From contig CM119266.1 of assembly GCA_051294375.1 (NCBI GenBank), positions 11,341,212 through 11,405,211 of the forward strand: 64,000 bases of DNA. Direction: 5' to 3'. Below the pieces are notes generated by a model. The model was not told where the DNA came from and searched no databases. It saw only the letters and a program-made list of their open reading frames with translations. Source of the DNA: Paraspadella gotoi (Eukaryota; Animalia; Chaetognatha). Position 1 is the stretch's first letter. Every line of letters begins with the position of its first letter. The translations under genes were made by a program, and so were the position numbers. Shown piece by piece: positions 13,121 to 34,894 of the stretch.

Positions 13121-13974
13121 TCTTCATCGTCTTCTCCTCATCTCTCCCTCTGCCCTTTTCCTACCTCCAAAAATTTTGTTTTGACGCCCGCGCCATCTCT
13201 GTCACAAACTCTTCTCCCAGAAAATCTTCAAAAGCTCCGCAGAATTCCCGTCGCGAAATCTGGCCATAATTTTTTCCTTCCAACGACGACATTAAACCCA
13301 AGTTTCTTGGCGAAATTCCGGTGGAGTCAGTTTGGCACGAGGTTCCAATGGCGCCATGGACTTTTTTTTTGGCGAGACTCTTATGTATTAAAGTTGTGAA
13401 ATTTTGGGCCAAATAAAAATGTCGTTCGGTATTTTGAATGATAAATATGAGGATAATCCATTCATATGATTATTATCATGCCTCGCCACATACATTTTTT
13501 AATCTTTTTCTCTCTCTCTCGTTTACGTTTTTGGTTCCATCTGAGTCGTATTTGACCTGTCCAAAGTGTCCATTATTAGTCGTTCCGATATTTTTATTTG
13601 TCTTTGTTTGGTCGCCCCAAAATTTACACTTTCTAATCTTTTCGTTTTATCTGATATCTGCATGAACCAATGTTTTCGGCCCTCCGGACAAAAGACGAAA
13701 CGATTTTTAGACTACAAAATTGTTTCAGTCTAAATTACCTATCTTGGTTGTACTATTTTAATACCAACGCATTCCCCCCTTTAACAAAGAGACAACCACG
13801 AAAAAACCATTACCGTTCACAACGCGTTCCATCGCCATCGAATTAAAAAAAAGAAAGGAACAACCCGAACTCCTAAAACCAATTAGCTTTTCTATCTCTC
13901 TCTCTTCTCTCTCTCTCTCTTCTCTCTCTCATCGATCTCTCTCTCTCCTCTCCGTCTCTCTCGTCTCTCTCTCT

Positions 13975-19312
<5,338 letters not shown>

Positions 19313-19337
19313 NNNNNNNNNNNNNNNNNNNNNNNNN

Positions 19338-21290
19338 CTCTATAACCTTTAAAAAAATGGAGAGCACCGGTTTTGTCTTCCCGACTCCCTCCTCGCGGAC
19401 ACTCCCGCCTCCCCATTCACCTCCTCAGCAAAAAAAATATGTTTGGTCTCCCTTGCATAAAAAGGTTTTCAAATGTCCTGGATTTCTCATTTCCTTCGTA
19501 CGGCGGAGTCACGCGCCTCGACGTTTACGAGCCGCCGGCCCGACCACGGTTGCCCCGCGCATTAAAATTCTCTCCCCCTTTTTTTTTTAAATTTTATTTT
19601 CTCTTTAAAAGAAAACTATATTTCCTTCTATTATTATCTTTCTTTTTTTTTTTTCCCGGGTTCAGGATTCTTTATTCCTCTTCTTTTTTATTTTTATCCT
19701 TTCTCTTCCTTTATTTTTCTGTGTTTGAGCTCTGGGCCGCCTCTTGAACCTGCCGGTGTCGAGCAATTTTTGATCTCCAGCTACGGAGCCGGAAAGGCGC
19801 AATTTATATTTTTTAAAAATTATGGAAATGCTCTCTCTCTCCCCTCTTCTCTTCTCTCTCGTCGTCTCTCTCTCTCCTCTCTCTCTCTTCTCTCTCTCTC
19901 TCTCTCCGGTCTTCTCTCTCTCTCTTCTCAGCTCTCTCGTCTCTAGAAGACTAGAACGTTTTAAAAAATTAAAAAAAAATATACTCAATAATTCGGGAAA
20001 AAAGAGGGTGATAATTTCCACCAAGGGATAATTGTCTCAAAGAATGTTTTTTCGAAGTTTGTCTGTTCCCTCTTTCTGTGGTGGACGGTTATTGTTCACT
20101 AAAACTAAACGCGACCAAATAAAAAAATACATGATAGAATTAAAAAAAGACAAGAAAAAAAAACCTTCAAACAAATTCTTACAGCAATCCGTCTCTTGCC
20201 TCCCGCCATATAGAATGTAACCCTGTTGGTTTGGCGTCAAACATATTCATCGACTTTACCGGAAAAGCGAAAAAAAAAAAAAAACCCAACCCAAGCGCAA
20301 GCAAAGCAGGAAAGCCAAGCAATTTCCTTGGCGACACTCAACATGGTGTCGTACGATGGAACAGAAAATTGACCGTATTGACTCGGGGAAAAAAGAAATT
20401 TAAAAAAAAAAATCCTTAAATTCGATAAGCTTTTTTGACCGAAAACGTCAAAAAAAGGTAATAAATAGAATCATTGCGATATCCATACATACTTGACTTT
20501 CACACAACAATCATAGATTTGATGACCCACATTCATCCCTTTTAATCTGTTTTTTCCTTTTATTAACTAAGTATTACTTGAGTAAGTACTTCCCTATAGG
20601 ACAACAATGACGAAAACCACGCGGACAAAAATTGCCGGAACAGATTATCTCTCAAAAAACGAAAGCAATCTTTCACTCTATTAATCTTCCCATGCCTTGT
20701 TGTCGTCACGTTGTATGTTCATCTGTACCTCATTCACGATGTGCGGAAGAAAAGAGTAGGGCTGTTTCGTTTGCGGCGGACGAATGGGGCGGCGGTAGAA
20801 GGCGTTGGCCCGTCGTAAAATTTACGAGCCTCGAATCGCGGCGCTGTCGTCGGGGAAGTCCGGCGACTGGGGGCAGTCGGCAAGTCCGGAGTCGGATTTG
20901 TCCACACGGTAGTAGTGGGCAGTCGGCAAGCTCCGGCCAGTGCGGTCGTCCGGTCCCCGAAAGTCGGCAGTTGGCCGCCGGCCGTAAAGAACTGGCGCAG
21001 CTGTTCACTTGAATTCAGTCCTGAAAAAAAAATGAGGCGGTTTTTAACCCGAAAAACCTTTGTGATTGGCGAATCGGTCGAAGCAGCAGCTGTCAATGGC
21101 CGCTGAGCGGAACGAAAGGATCGAGGAGGAGTGCTCCATGGAAGGTCGTAAATGGAGCAAGCCGTTTCCTCACTGTATGGCAAATTGCTGCACACCGTCT
21201 TCTAACCGTTCGCAAGTCGTCTTGAGCATGCGGCCAACTCGCATCGTTAGTTCCCCCCGGCCCCTCTCTCTCTCTCTTCTCTTCTCTCTT

Positions 21291-21327
<37 letters not shown>

Positions 21328-23790
21328 CTTCATCGGCTGAATCGTAACTGTCTCGCATTTTCCTTCCTCTCTTGATAAAACTGCAAAGTAAGCTCCTTGG
21401 ATTACGTATCTCTCTCATCTCCTCTCTCTCTTCTCTCTCCTCTCTCTTCTCTCTATCAAAATGATTGGCGACTCGATTTATTGGAGATTTCTTTTTATTT
21501 TTGTTCGTTTCCGACTGTTTCACCTAAACAGATCACATCTCGTTCTCCTCATTCCCCCCTCGCCCCAACCTTCTCCCCTCCCCCGTCGTTCTTGCTCGAT
21601 AGTGATGGCTGTGGATATTTTCCGTCATCCTACCCTCTAAAGGCTCTTATAGTGTAGTCGTTCTGGCTCTGATAAGCGAGGCCCTCGTGATATTTTCCGT
21701 CATCCACGCCTACTTAAGCGTCTTACTAGTGGTAGTCGTTCTGGCAACGTGCAGAGAACCGCGTGAGTGGCGGTCACGCGTCCAACCTTCGGTCGGGCTA
21801 CGTACGATAGTGAGGCCCTGTGATATTTTCCGTGCACCACCCTACTAAGCTGCCTATGTTAGTCTTCTGGCTCGATTAGCGACAGGGCCCTGTGCGCTAT
21901 TCTCTCCAAGCTGCTCACTTCCTCATATAATCTATACCCTCCGTAATTTCTGTCACCACATGACCTCACGCCTAAGTCCGTCTTTCTGGTGACCCTAATC
22001 CAATCAGCCACTAGCAGCAGAGCCAGGCTGAACTGCCACTCTTACCCCCAACGTCCTCACGACAATCGCTACTACAGCGCTTCCCGCCCTGGCCCATACG
22101 CGCTGCCAATATAGCACAATAGATGATCGTCACCGCTTGCTACGCCCATCGAACTAAAGCCGAACAGCACTAGCGACCGGCTCGCACTCGTCCGATATCA
22201 CCCGTTTTCCTGCATCATCCCTACTAAGCTCTTATAGTGTAGTCGTTCTGGTCGGAGATAGCGAGGCCCTGTGATATTGTTCCCGTCATCGACCCTACTA
22301 AGCTCTTTATAGTGTAGTCGTTCTTGGCTGATAGCGAGGCCCATGTGATATGTTCTCTGTCCATCACCCTGACTAAGCTCCATATAGTGTAAGCTCTTCT
22401 AGCTTCGATAGCGAGGCCCTGTGATATTTTTGTTATCGCACCCTTCTAAAGCTCTGGATGTTGTCAGTCGTCTGTCTGGCTCGATAGCGAAGGCCCTGTG
22501 AATTTTCTGTCATCCACCTACTAAGCTCTTATGTGTAGTCATTCTAGGCTTGATAGCGAGGCCCTGTCTGATATTTTCCGTCACCCACCCTACTAAGGCT
22601 TTTTATCAGTGCCCCAAACCCACCACCCCCTTCACCTCGACTACCGATACACATTTGTACCTTTCGTAGCTTCAATTTCTCGAGGCAAAACTCCAGTCGA
22701 TGTCGAAAAAAACGTATTCTGCTTTCCATCTTTTTTTCGCTTCCTCTCTCCTTTCTTTCAACGAGAGGTACGAGCGAAAGGAGATCCTTGACTGATCTGT
22801 TTTTTACTTGGAATTCGTGTTTCCACCTCTCCTATCTTTTATCTTCCTCCTCTCCTTCCCGGCTCCTCCTCTTCCCCCTTCCTCTTCTCTCGGCGGCAGC
22901 CGCGAGAGGCTCGTCCTGACAAGCCTACCGAGCGGCGAATCGCCTAATGCAGCCCTTGGCCGTCGGCATTCAGAGTAACTGGGTGCATCGCAGAATTTGC
23001 CGTTTGCAAGGATTGAGGCCTGCTCGAAGCGCAGATGTCAACTAGTGAGTAGGACGCTCGTTAATAAGCCACTGCGCATAGTAAATTTGAGAAAAAAGGG
23101 ATCAAAACTAATTACGGCCCAGGATGTGCTAAACGTGAGTTGGAGTCGAAAAACATCTAGTCTAAAGATTAAAAAAATAATTAGATACAACATGATTGCG
23201 AATACAAGATTTTCAGATCGGACTGCCGACTACAGTCGCGATTCCAGGTGCCCGTATCCAGCGCAGAGCTTTAAGGTTTCTTCCTGACTACATCAGCCGA
23301 ATTAGCATTGTTGACACGATCCTTTTGGCCCACAGCGCCGTCTGGGCGTCCTCTAGGCTGCGGGTCATTTAGAGCAGCGCATGACGGAGCCGTGAAAAGA
23401 TGCGTGGAGGATGGAGACGGCCCTAATTAGAGCAAGACGAGAGAGAGAGAGAGGAGAGAGATACTAGGAGAGAGAGCAGAGAGACGGGAGAGACGTACGG
23501 AGAGAGGAGACGCAACTGAGAGGAAGAGAGGAGAAGAGAGCAAATTGACGAAAATGAGAGAAAGCACCCGGATTTAATAAGAAATTGAAATGGAAGACAG
23601 GATTGAACAAGTTGAAAATGTGAAGAATAAGGCAGGAGAGAGGAGAGAGAGGACGATTAGAGAGAAGAGGAGAGAGAGGGAGAGAAAGGTAGTTGCCTTG
23701 AGGTAGGTTTGAGCCGTATTTAGCGCGAAATCGTTGAAGAAGAAAAAAAAGGTGGGATACTGATAAAAAGCCGAAACAACAAAGCACCTG
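19338..23790 (+). repeat. Segmental duplicate A, copy 2 (insertion-rich, raw-read quality)
   Basis: Same landmarks as 13975-19312, including the 70-bp array at ~21585-22610; low-quality unalignable stretch at ~21740-22200. Confidence 0.9.
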
Positions 23791-23861
23791 CGGAGGACAA
23801 AAATGAGGGGCAATCTCCGAGTGCTAAGTTTATGGGTCTGCTGCATTTTCGTCTTTCCCTT

Positions 23862-23935
23862 TTTTCTTTCTTTCTTTCTTTCTTTCTTTCTTTTCTTTAC
23901 TTCTTTCGTTCTTTCTTTCTTTCTTTCTTTCTTGG

Positions 23936-23974
<39 letters not shown>

Positions 23975-23980
23975 TCCTTC
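23862..23980. repeat. (TTTC)n microsatellite
   Basis: Tandem TTTC units. Confidence 0.9.
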
Positions 23981-24931
23981 ACTCGGTCTTTCACCTTCTC
24001 CCAACTCCCGCCATTTGTTTCTATTGTTTTTCTTCGTTTTCCCCGTCGCCGCCGCCAAGAAAAACGCTTCGCCGGTTTTGCCTTTTGTCGTTCGTCGTTC
24101 GTCACGTGACCCAAGGAGACGTTGACAACGCGCGCGACGTCGACAACGACAACAACAACAACACAAGAAACTTATGTCATCATTTTTCTACCTTTGGCAG
24201 CGAACGTAATTACCAAACACAGAACTGCATCTCAGGCTGTCGTAAAAATCACCAGGTAATGAAATAATCACAATTTCCCTCGCGCCTCTTTTTTCAAGAC
24301 AATCATTTTCAGCCGTAGCAGCCGCGGCGGTACGGGGCTGCGGCAGCGACCGTGACCGAGGTTGGCCTTCGACGCGTCGAGAATCGTGGGACTAAAGTCA
24401 ATGCAAAAAAAAAAGTTTGGGGAAGGGGGGGGCGGAAATTATACTTTAGTCCTCCGGCCGCGCGCCAGGGGAGTCTAGCGGGGAAAACGAAAAGATTTTC
24501 TAAGGAGATTAACTCAAGAATAGAAAGAGCCTCGTTTGCATTCTTGAGAATGAAAAAGAGATTTTTTTTTTCTTCCTGCATTCTTAGTAAGTATAGGGAA
24601 GGCGGTTTTGGTATTCTTGAGAACCAAGGAATGTTGAGAAAGCCATTAGTACTTGATAGTTTACATATTAACCTGAATAAAATTATTTTAGTATTTTACA
24701 ACTAAATACTAACGACTAAAATTTAAAGAAGAAAAAAAAAACTATATTTCCGTTCTCCTTTTCCCAGAAGTCGTTTCCCGTTCACCGCAAGAAAAAAAAA
24801 AATCAAAAATGGAAAAAAAGGAAAGAAATTGCCATAGCAACGCGTTTGCCTTTCCAACCGCCGACTTTCTGATTTATCATTGCGTCGACATAAAGAAACG
24901 AAGTGAAGGACAACAACAACCGGGGAAACAA

Positions 24932-24965
<34 letters not shown>

Positions 24966-25171
24966 AACGACGATACAAAAAGAAAATGCACGAAAAAAAA
25001 AATAAATAAAAAACCACAGGGAAAAAAAATCGCGCCATTTTTACGACGTCGTTATCGTCTACGCATAACGTCAAGGGCATAACCCATTATTCCTCCCATC
25101 TCTGCGTCTCGCGTCTCCAAACCCTATTGCACTCTGTCTCTGTCTTGCACTCGCTCTCTCCCCTCCCTTAC

Positions 25172-25394
25172 CCTCACTCCATCGTCCTGCGGCGATTTCG
25201 GAGCGGACGATGGGTCCGTTTTCGTTCGGACGTTCTCATCAATGTCAGTGACGGCCACGCCCATCGAAGCTGGACGTCTCGTTGGGTTAGGGCGTTGAGT
25301 CGTGGACAGGATGGTTTCGAGTTCGCGACGAGTCAAGACCAGATATTTTGAGAAAAATAAAAACTGTACCTTCGTAGTGTTTTTCGGTGTCGCG
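25172..25394 (-). CDS. Two phase-compatible candidate exons (25394-25370; 25269-25172), product unknown
   Basis: TTGCAG|25-nt exon|GTACAG, a 100-nt intron with branch-like CCCTAAC and TCCAG acceptor, then a 98-nt exon|GTAAGG. Spliced frame is open: RDTEKHYEASMGVAVTDIDENVRTKTDPSSAPKSPQDDGVR. Confidence 0.45.
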
Positions 25395-26226
25395 CTGCAA
25401 TAAACCAGTTGATAAAAATATAATTCAAAGAAAATACGTATGCTAGTTCCACATCTTTCGAAATAAGTTCGAACTGTAAACTTTAATTCAGCGGCGTAAC
25501 AAACGATTTCCTCTGCAAAGTTTGCGCTCGAAAGAACTTACATGTCGTTAGATTATGAAGGGGGAGGAAAGCAATCAAGGGCAGCGTCACATAAAAGGAG
25601 AAAGTATGGAATAATATAATAAAAGAAACTACTAAAAATAAGAAAAAAAGATATAATGAAGTGGAAAGCAAAAAAATAAAAAATAAAAATAAACAGGAAG
25701 GAATAACAATGACGCAGATGATAACGACAACCATTCTGCAGGACAAACGGCCTGGTTACATCGGGCGAGAGACGAGACGGGATACAAAGAGGAGGAGAAA
25801 AAAGTGGAAATGATCACTTTTATGACGGGGAGNNNNNNNNNNNNNNNNNNNNNNNNNTGGAAGTTAATTGCGCCTCGGTGTTTTGCGGGGGGTAGAAAGG
25901 GACGAAGACAAGACGCAGAGGAGAAGAGGAGAGGAGAGAGACGAGATAGAAGAGAGAAGAGCTCAGGAGAGAGAGAGAGAGAGAGACGGAGAGAAGAGAG
26001 AGAGAGACGAGAGGAAATGACGAGACATTGGGAAGAAACGATTTTTTCTTGTCCTTTTTTTTTTTGGCCAGAGAGCTTACCATTTCCTGGCAAGAGGAAA
26101 ATTAAGGTGACAGACCCAGACGTCTAAACTTTCTCTCTCTCTCTCTCTCATACTCTTCTGCGCTCTCTACTCTCTCCTCTCTCTCTTTCTCTCTTCTCTC
26201 TCGTCCCGTCTCTCTCTCTCTTCAGT

Positions 26227-28480
<2,254 letters not shown>

Positions 28481-28613
28481 GAGAAAGAGAAAGGAAACGA
28501 GAGAGGACGGAGAGAGAGAGAGGACGAGTAGAGAGGTGAAGGGAGAGAGAGAGAAGAGAGAGAGAGACGATGAGAGAGAGAGAGAGAGAGAGGAATGAGA
28601 GAGAGAGGAGAGT

Positions 28614-28676
<63 letters not shown>

Positions 28677-29574
28677 GAGAAAAGAGGAGAGAGAGAGAGA
28701 GGAGAGAGGAGAGAGAGAGAGACGAAAAGAGAGAGAGAGAGAGAGAGAAGAGAGGATGAGAGAAGAAAAGAGAAGAAAGAGAGAGATAGAGAGAGATTGA
28801 AACGTTTTGAGCCGCGTAATATCTTGAAACGTTTAAGCATCAAGGGCAGAGGCGGGAGAGAGAGAGATCTCAGAGAGAGAGAGAGCCAGAAAGAGAGGGA
28901 GATGGAGCAACGCGCTTTTGAATGACAAAAGACCTTAAACTTCTTCTGCCAGTGATGAGGCCATCAGCAACCGGATGCATTCAACTCGATGCAAACCGGA
29001 TCCACCTCACCCCATTGACGACCTTACCTTGTTAAGAATATTACGCCAGACCTCACATTTCATAAACAGTGTTTTAACAAAAACAGTTCTCTTTTTAAGT
29101 TCAATAAATTTTGTAAACGAACTTATTTGTTTCATTCTTAAGTTTTGAAAACTAGAGAAAAAAATATTTTTAGTTAGGTGTGGTACTTGGAGTATTCGAA
29201 ACAATGAGACGATAAAATTACAATTTATACTTTCTTTAAATATTTAGCCGATACCTCGACGTGGCTCTCCTCCAAACTCATTAACTCTCCATTGTATTCG
29301 CTTAAATTCCTTCGATCTCCAGACCTTCCGAGTTTCCTTCCTTTTCCCTTCAATCGAATTCCCTCTGTCCATCGCAGAGTCCATCCATCCATCCCTATAA
29401 CTTTTCTTCCTTCATAAACTCATCCGCTCTTCACTTCCCCCTCATTCCCCTCCCCCCATTTTCTTCGCGGTCGAATCCCAAAAGTAGGCCATCCTGAAGG
29501 GAATCGATGGATCGGAAATCGTTGTCGTCGTCGTCGTCGTCGTCGTCGTCGTCTCTTCCGTCTTCGCGGTTGTT

Positions 29575-29588
29575 GTTGCCATGGAAAC
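29575..29588. promoter_or_regulatory. RFX X-box motif
   Basis: GTTGCCATGGAAAC, a near-perfect X-box palindrome. Confidence 0.45.
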
Positions 29589-32095
29589 CCCCGGGAAGGC
29601 GTTTCCTTTCATCCAACCCTTTTGAGGCGAGCGTCGACCAGAGTCGATTGTTCGGAAAAGCCGACGTNNNNNNNNNNNNNNNNNNNNNNNNNACGTGCAG
29701 CGTGTCACAGTCCAGTTTGAGCGGAGAGAGTAGAGCGATAGTACAATTTTCAATGCATTCATTTTTGAAATTCGCATTCAATTGTTTACAACTTGTATCA
29801 TTTTTTTAACTTGCCGAATGAGAGCTTTTTCTGTAACTTGGCAGAATTCCGACATTGGTGTTGCTACAGACTTGATTTAAAAGAAAGGATTTTAAAGGAA
29901 GAAGTAATGAATGTGTAGGTTCAGTTGAGATTGGTTACAGATTTTGACTGCGCATGTGGAGGAGATGTTGCAGCGAGCTCAGATTCACTCGCTATGCCTC
30001 GACTCGGGTCACAGCTCTCACAGTGCTCGCCGAGTACTGTGTTCCTTAACGCTCGTAAGAGAGAGACGTTAGATTTGCTGAGGCCAGTGACGCCCTCAGA
30101 GATGATGGTACTACTCTTCGCTGAGAGGGATGTGCAGGGCAACGACTGAGAGGTAGCGTATCACGATTCACTGTCAAGTAAAGGGCGCGGCGACCCGGAG
30201 GATGCGGAGAGAGAGAAGAACGTCATTTTAACCTTGTCCTGGTGTTTTTTTGTTTTAAACAATATACAGAGCCTATAACAAGCCTATTTGATCCTATAGA
30301 AAGTGTGAAAAAAGGAAATAGCCAACGGCTGCGCATACGTGTTTTTTCTCTTCTTCGGTGCCACTCCTAAAGAGCGTAAAGAAGATATATTTGCCAGATC
30401 TTACACTAGCATCAAACCGCACCGATATTTTACCTCATGAAGTAGGTCTTTTTCTTAAGATATATAATAAAACTATAATAAGTATGTTATTTCGACTTTG
30501 CATTTAAAGCATATGTGCTTCAAGCAAAAATTGATTTGTTTTTATATCATGCATTTATACGAATTTGATGATTCCTTTTTCTATAACCATTTCTGGTTTA
30601 CTTCTCTTCATTCCGTATTTTTTTTCTACTTCAACGCCCATTAAATATACGTTATAGTGTGGACTCAATTTTTACACTTCATGTTAGATCAGCTCATGAA
30701 GTCCACAAAATAAAAGAGCGATAACTAAGTAATAATATTAATTGGACGTATGTTTTGCCAGTTACCAAGATAAAATGAGTAATTTATAATCCCAGAAATG
30801 AAAAATATAATGACCGTGTGAACCATATGGCATATGCGTTCATTATTTACAAATAAGTCAATTTGAAAGAGCGAGTGGAACCATGAGAGTAGATGAAAAA
30901 ATCGATGTGAAGTTTGAGGAATTTGTGAAAAGGAGGATCATGAGATGGAGCTGTTGAGAAACAACATAATATTCGAGACTTCTTGATAAGGAGCCAGGTA
31001 CTTCTGGAGAGGGAAGGAGAGAGATATGATGTAAAAGAAACCGACATTGGAGTATGAAGAGGATGAGGAGTCTTCGGTTCATAATGAAGCTTGTCTCAAG
31101 AGTTTACCTCCACCTACTTTGCTCCGTCAGTTACTGTATTTGTCCATGTCACACGAGTCGAGCATTCGCAGCGCGACGGAGCCTTTCCTCTTGAGCGGAC
31201 CGGTAGTAAAAGTCCTCGCTGCCTCATAGAAAATGTATCTGGGCCAGTCATTAGCGGCCGGCGAAGGAAGAGCGTTCTAATTCTTCCATTTTCTCTTTCT
31301 CATTGCATCATCTGCTCCGTATTTCGTATCTCTCTTTTATACTTGCAGGCTTGTATCCTTTCTCTTCAACGATATTACATTCTTTCGTGTTTTTTAAAAA
31401 TATTTTCTTCATTATAAAAGAAAAATTATATTAATTGAATATTTCTTCATTATGAGATACGAAAAACCTTTAATCAACAAAACGTGTACAAATAAGTGTC
31501 GAATATTGAATATAAAAAAAAATTTATTAATTTATTAAATTAATATTTTTTTGCATAAATTTTTTACTTTTTCGACGATCAGCAATTCGGGGTATAACGA
31601 ATTAAAAAACTTCGTAAGCCGAAAATCATTTATTTATTTAGCCGATTTTAAAACGTACGAGGTTTTTCGGAGATGGCCTATGGAAAAAAAATGCCGGAAG
31701 AGAGGAGCGGTTGGCGTAGGATGACACCAAGATGACGCCCCCCTCTAGATCTTGGATTCTCGCGTTCTCTCGATCTCTCCCGTCTCTTCGCTCTCTATTG
31801 ATCTTTACCCTCTCTTCCTCTCTCCCTTCTTCTCGCATTATTATGATCGCCTGAAAAAAAAATTAAACCACAATTTACTAAAGTAGTTTTAATAAAAAAA
31901 ATGTTATTTCGCAGCATCCAACAAAATTGATGCATACATGCATACGAAGAGATACTTCTTAAATCTGGTTCTCCATCGTATTTTACCCACGCCAAAATAT
32001 AACATTTTTCTCTTCGCGTGACAGCCTCATAGCCACAAAAAGCGATAAAGAATAATCATGGCGACAGAAAAATAGATTTATCCTGAAAGAAAAAA

Positions 32096-32284
32096 NNNNN
32101 NNNNNNNNNNNNNNNNNNNNNNNNNNNNNNNNNNNNNNNNNNNNNNNNNNNNNNNNNNNNNNNNNNNNNNNNNNNNNNNNNNNNNNNNNNNNNNNNNNNN
32201 NNNNNNNNNNNNNNNNNNNNNNNNNNNNNNNNNNNNNNNNNNNNNNNNNNNNNNNNNNNNNNNNNNNNNNNNNNNNNNNNNNNN
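32096..32284. other. Assembly gap (189 N)
   Basis: N run. Other gaps are 25 N at 16396, 19313, 25833, 29668 and 40657, and 10 N at 57304. Confidence 0.99.
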
Positions 32285-34437
32285 AAAAAATGCCGGTTGA
32301 GGTCTCCACGGGTCATCGCGACGCGCATCGCTTTCGAAATTGCGCCGTTGACTTTTGCACCGCGCCCCCTCTCTCCTTTTTTTTTCTATTTTTACGCGTC
32401 GGGGACAGAGGGCGGTTTTATCGAGCGACTAATCCAGAGGCTCCGTTCGCTTTCGGTCGCAAAAGTGGGCGCGGCTAAACGGAAACGCGCGGCGCCATCT
32501 CGTTCCTTCTCGCCCGCGCGACCCAAAACTTCCTTTGTTATTCCGGGTTTTTTTTTTCTGGTTGGGGCGAATAATTCATTCGGCGAAACTCTCGCCTCAT
32601 AACTTCCTAGGAGCCGTGGGGGTTAAGGGGACTGGGGGTGAGTTGGGAAAGGTTTAGGGATACAAAAACACACAACCATCCCAGACCCCAGTCCCCAGTC
32701 CACCCCTTCCCTAACCATCCCCCTCACCCCCTCTCCTTTCGATCTAAGAAACTGGCCGGGGGACCTTTCTTCCGGATCGCGAAGGGGTCAAACTCCTCTG
32801 TTCGTCCGCTCGGACTTATGCGTTCATCACGTTCGAGTCTCGAATTTTCCGTTCGTGTTCTCTTTCAACACTTCGTTCTCGATTTACTGTTGGCCACTGA
32901 ACGCATTCCTCTCTTATCCGCTCGAAAGCCGATTGGGTCGAAACGCCGTTATTTCGGTATTTCCAGACATGAATGCGAAGCTTTTCATAAGAGTCAAGGA
33001 GCTATAATAATATATCATTCCCGCCGAAATGTCAGCTCTTACAATACAAATATCACAACCGTTCCTTATCACTTCTTTCTTTGTTATCCAAGAGTCGCTC
33101 TATTTCCTCACTTCTTGAGCTCCTCTTCTAAAAGTGGCTCATTTTCTCATCGAGTCCTGCTTATTATTTTAACTATTATTTCTTTCTTATTATAAATATA
33201 CTTATTAAAACTTACCTCGTCTCTAATCCAGGACTTATTCTTCACTCTCATCAACTGCGAACCACCTTTCTCTATTTTTTCCAAAAATCCACTACCCGAA
33301 GATTCTTTTCACGTCCCACCTAAATGCATTCTTCCAATTCCATAAAACCTTCTTTCTAACCCTTCCAGCCCCTTCGATCTTCCCTAACGGAGTCGGACAA
33401 TAAAGACGACAACGACAAGACGACGGACAATGACGACAAAAATGACAACGACAACGAAAACGGCGGCCGACGAAGACGCGGTTCTTTTACGAGTCCGTTA
33501 TGAATGAATAGTTCGGCCTCCTCTCCGTCTCGTTAGGTGGTCAAGAATGGAACGAAGTGTGGCCATATAAAAGCGAAAGCGTTGGTGGAAATAGGAGAAG
33601 GGGGCGGGAGAGAGGAAGTCGGAGATTATAGAGGGTAACACCAAAAGAGGTCTCGGCCTCCGCGGCCCCGATCCTCGGGCGAAAGGGAAAACGAGGAAAA
33701 GGGTAAACTGCGTGGCAAAGGGATCGACGGCGAAACCCAATACGGCGCCTTGGCGGAAGCGATGCGGCGGCGCTTAGAGAGTCGGGAGCGCGCCGCTGCG
33801 GTGTCAGTGAAGCAAGCGCTGCCGGCGACTGTAACAGACGGCTCTGTGATGCCGACCCTAACATCTGTCTCCAGAATTGGACTCAGAGTGTTAGCGGTCT
33901 GAGAGCTCGACTAACCCACCATACCCACAACCTTTCCCCCCTTATTTTTCCTCCCCTTTTTATCTCCCTTTTTTATCTTCCTCTTTTCTATATTTTAATT
34001 TTATTTTTTTAAAGAGAATAAAACGAGAATCGCGATTTTCGTTCGAGAAGAATTCGGCATTAGCGCGAAAGCCTGGCGTTCAGCCGACCGGAAAGATATT
34101 TTTTTTTTGAATGCAGACGAGATGGAGAAGAGAGAAGAGAGAGAGAAGAGTAAGAGAGAAGAGAGAGAGACGAGAGATGACGAAGGAGAGAAGCAGAGAG
34201 AGATATGAGAGATGAAAGAGACGAGAGAGAGAGAGAGCGGGAGGCGTTTTCAATACTTTCGGAAATAAATATCGGAGAAAGAGTCGAGTGAGGATTATGG
34301 GTTCGAAGAAAAAGATGGCGACTTTTTTGACTAACAAGGAGAAACTTTTCCCGAGGACACTGCTGACAGACAACGAAATTATATCGGGGAAAACTGTCAT
34401 AGGAATATTTCATAATGCATTTTTCTTGTATTAAAAC

Positions 34438-34581
34438 TTTAGAAAAAGTTTGAAAATTTATTTTCATCAACGATTTGTTTATAAATATTACGGACATGTT
34501 TCGACTCTTTTTGTCGCAAACATGTCCAGTATATTTAATAAAACAAATTTGATGAAAACAAATCTTCAAACTTTTCTAAAA
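34438..34581. repeat. Fold-back palindrome derived from a Penelope hammerhead 3' half (copy 1, noisier)
   Basis: Arms of ~68 bp around GACTCTTTTTGTC; same structure as 51131-51271. Confidence 0.8.
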
Positions 34582-34894
34582 TCGCTAAACTAACAAAAGA
34601 AGAAAGTAATAATACAAGGTATTTAAATAACTAAAAACGCTGTCTCTGCTCATGATAATCGTCGCCAAACGATTAATGCGCTCGTTCCATCGTTATTTTT
34701 CGAACAATAATCGCGCATTAAACCGACCGCCAGTTTGTTAAGGGGAGCGAGATTTAGAATTGAAGGCTTGGGAGATGATTCGGCGTACATCTATTTGTTA
34801 TCGATCGGCTTTTTGTCAACAAATGAATAAATATTACCGACCTTTGTACCAAAGATTCATCAGTGATGCATTGACCAAAGCTTTCGTCATTGAA

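Noticed and set aside
21740-22200. Unique-looking sequence inside the second 70-bp array
   Set aside because: Not seen in the first array (which has a gap) and grades into garbled repeat units; consistent with a low-quality read segment.
24389-24453. Short inverted repeat GGACTAAAGT...ACTTTAGTCC
   Set aside because: Only ~10-15 bp, single occurrence, no TSD; insufficient to call a MITE.
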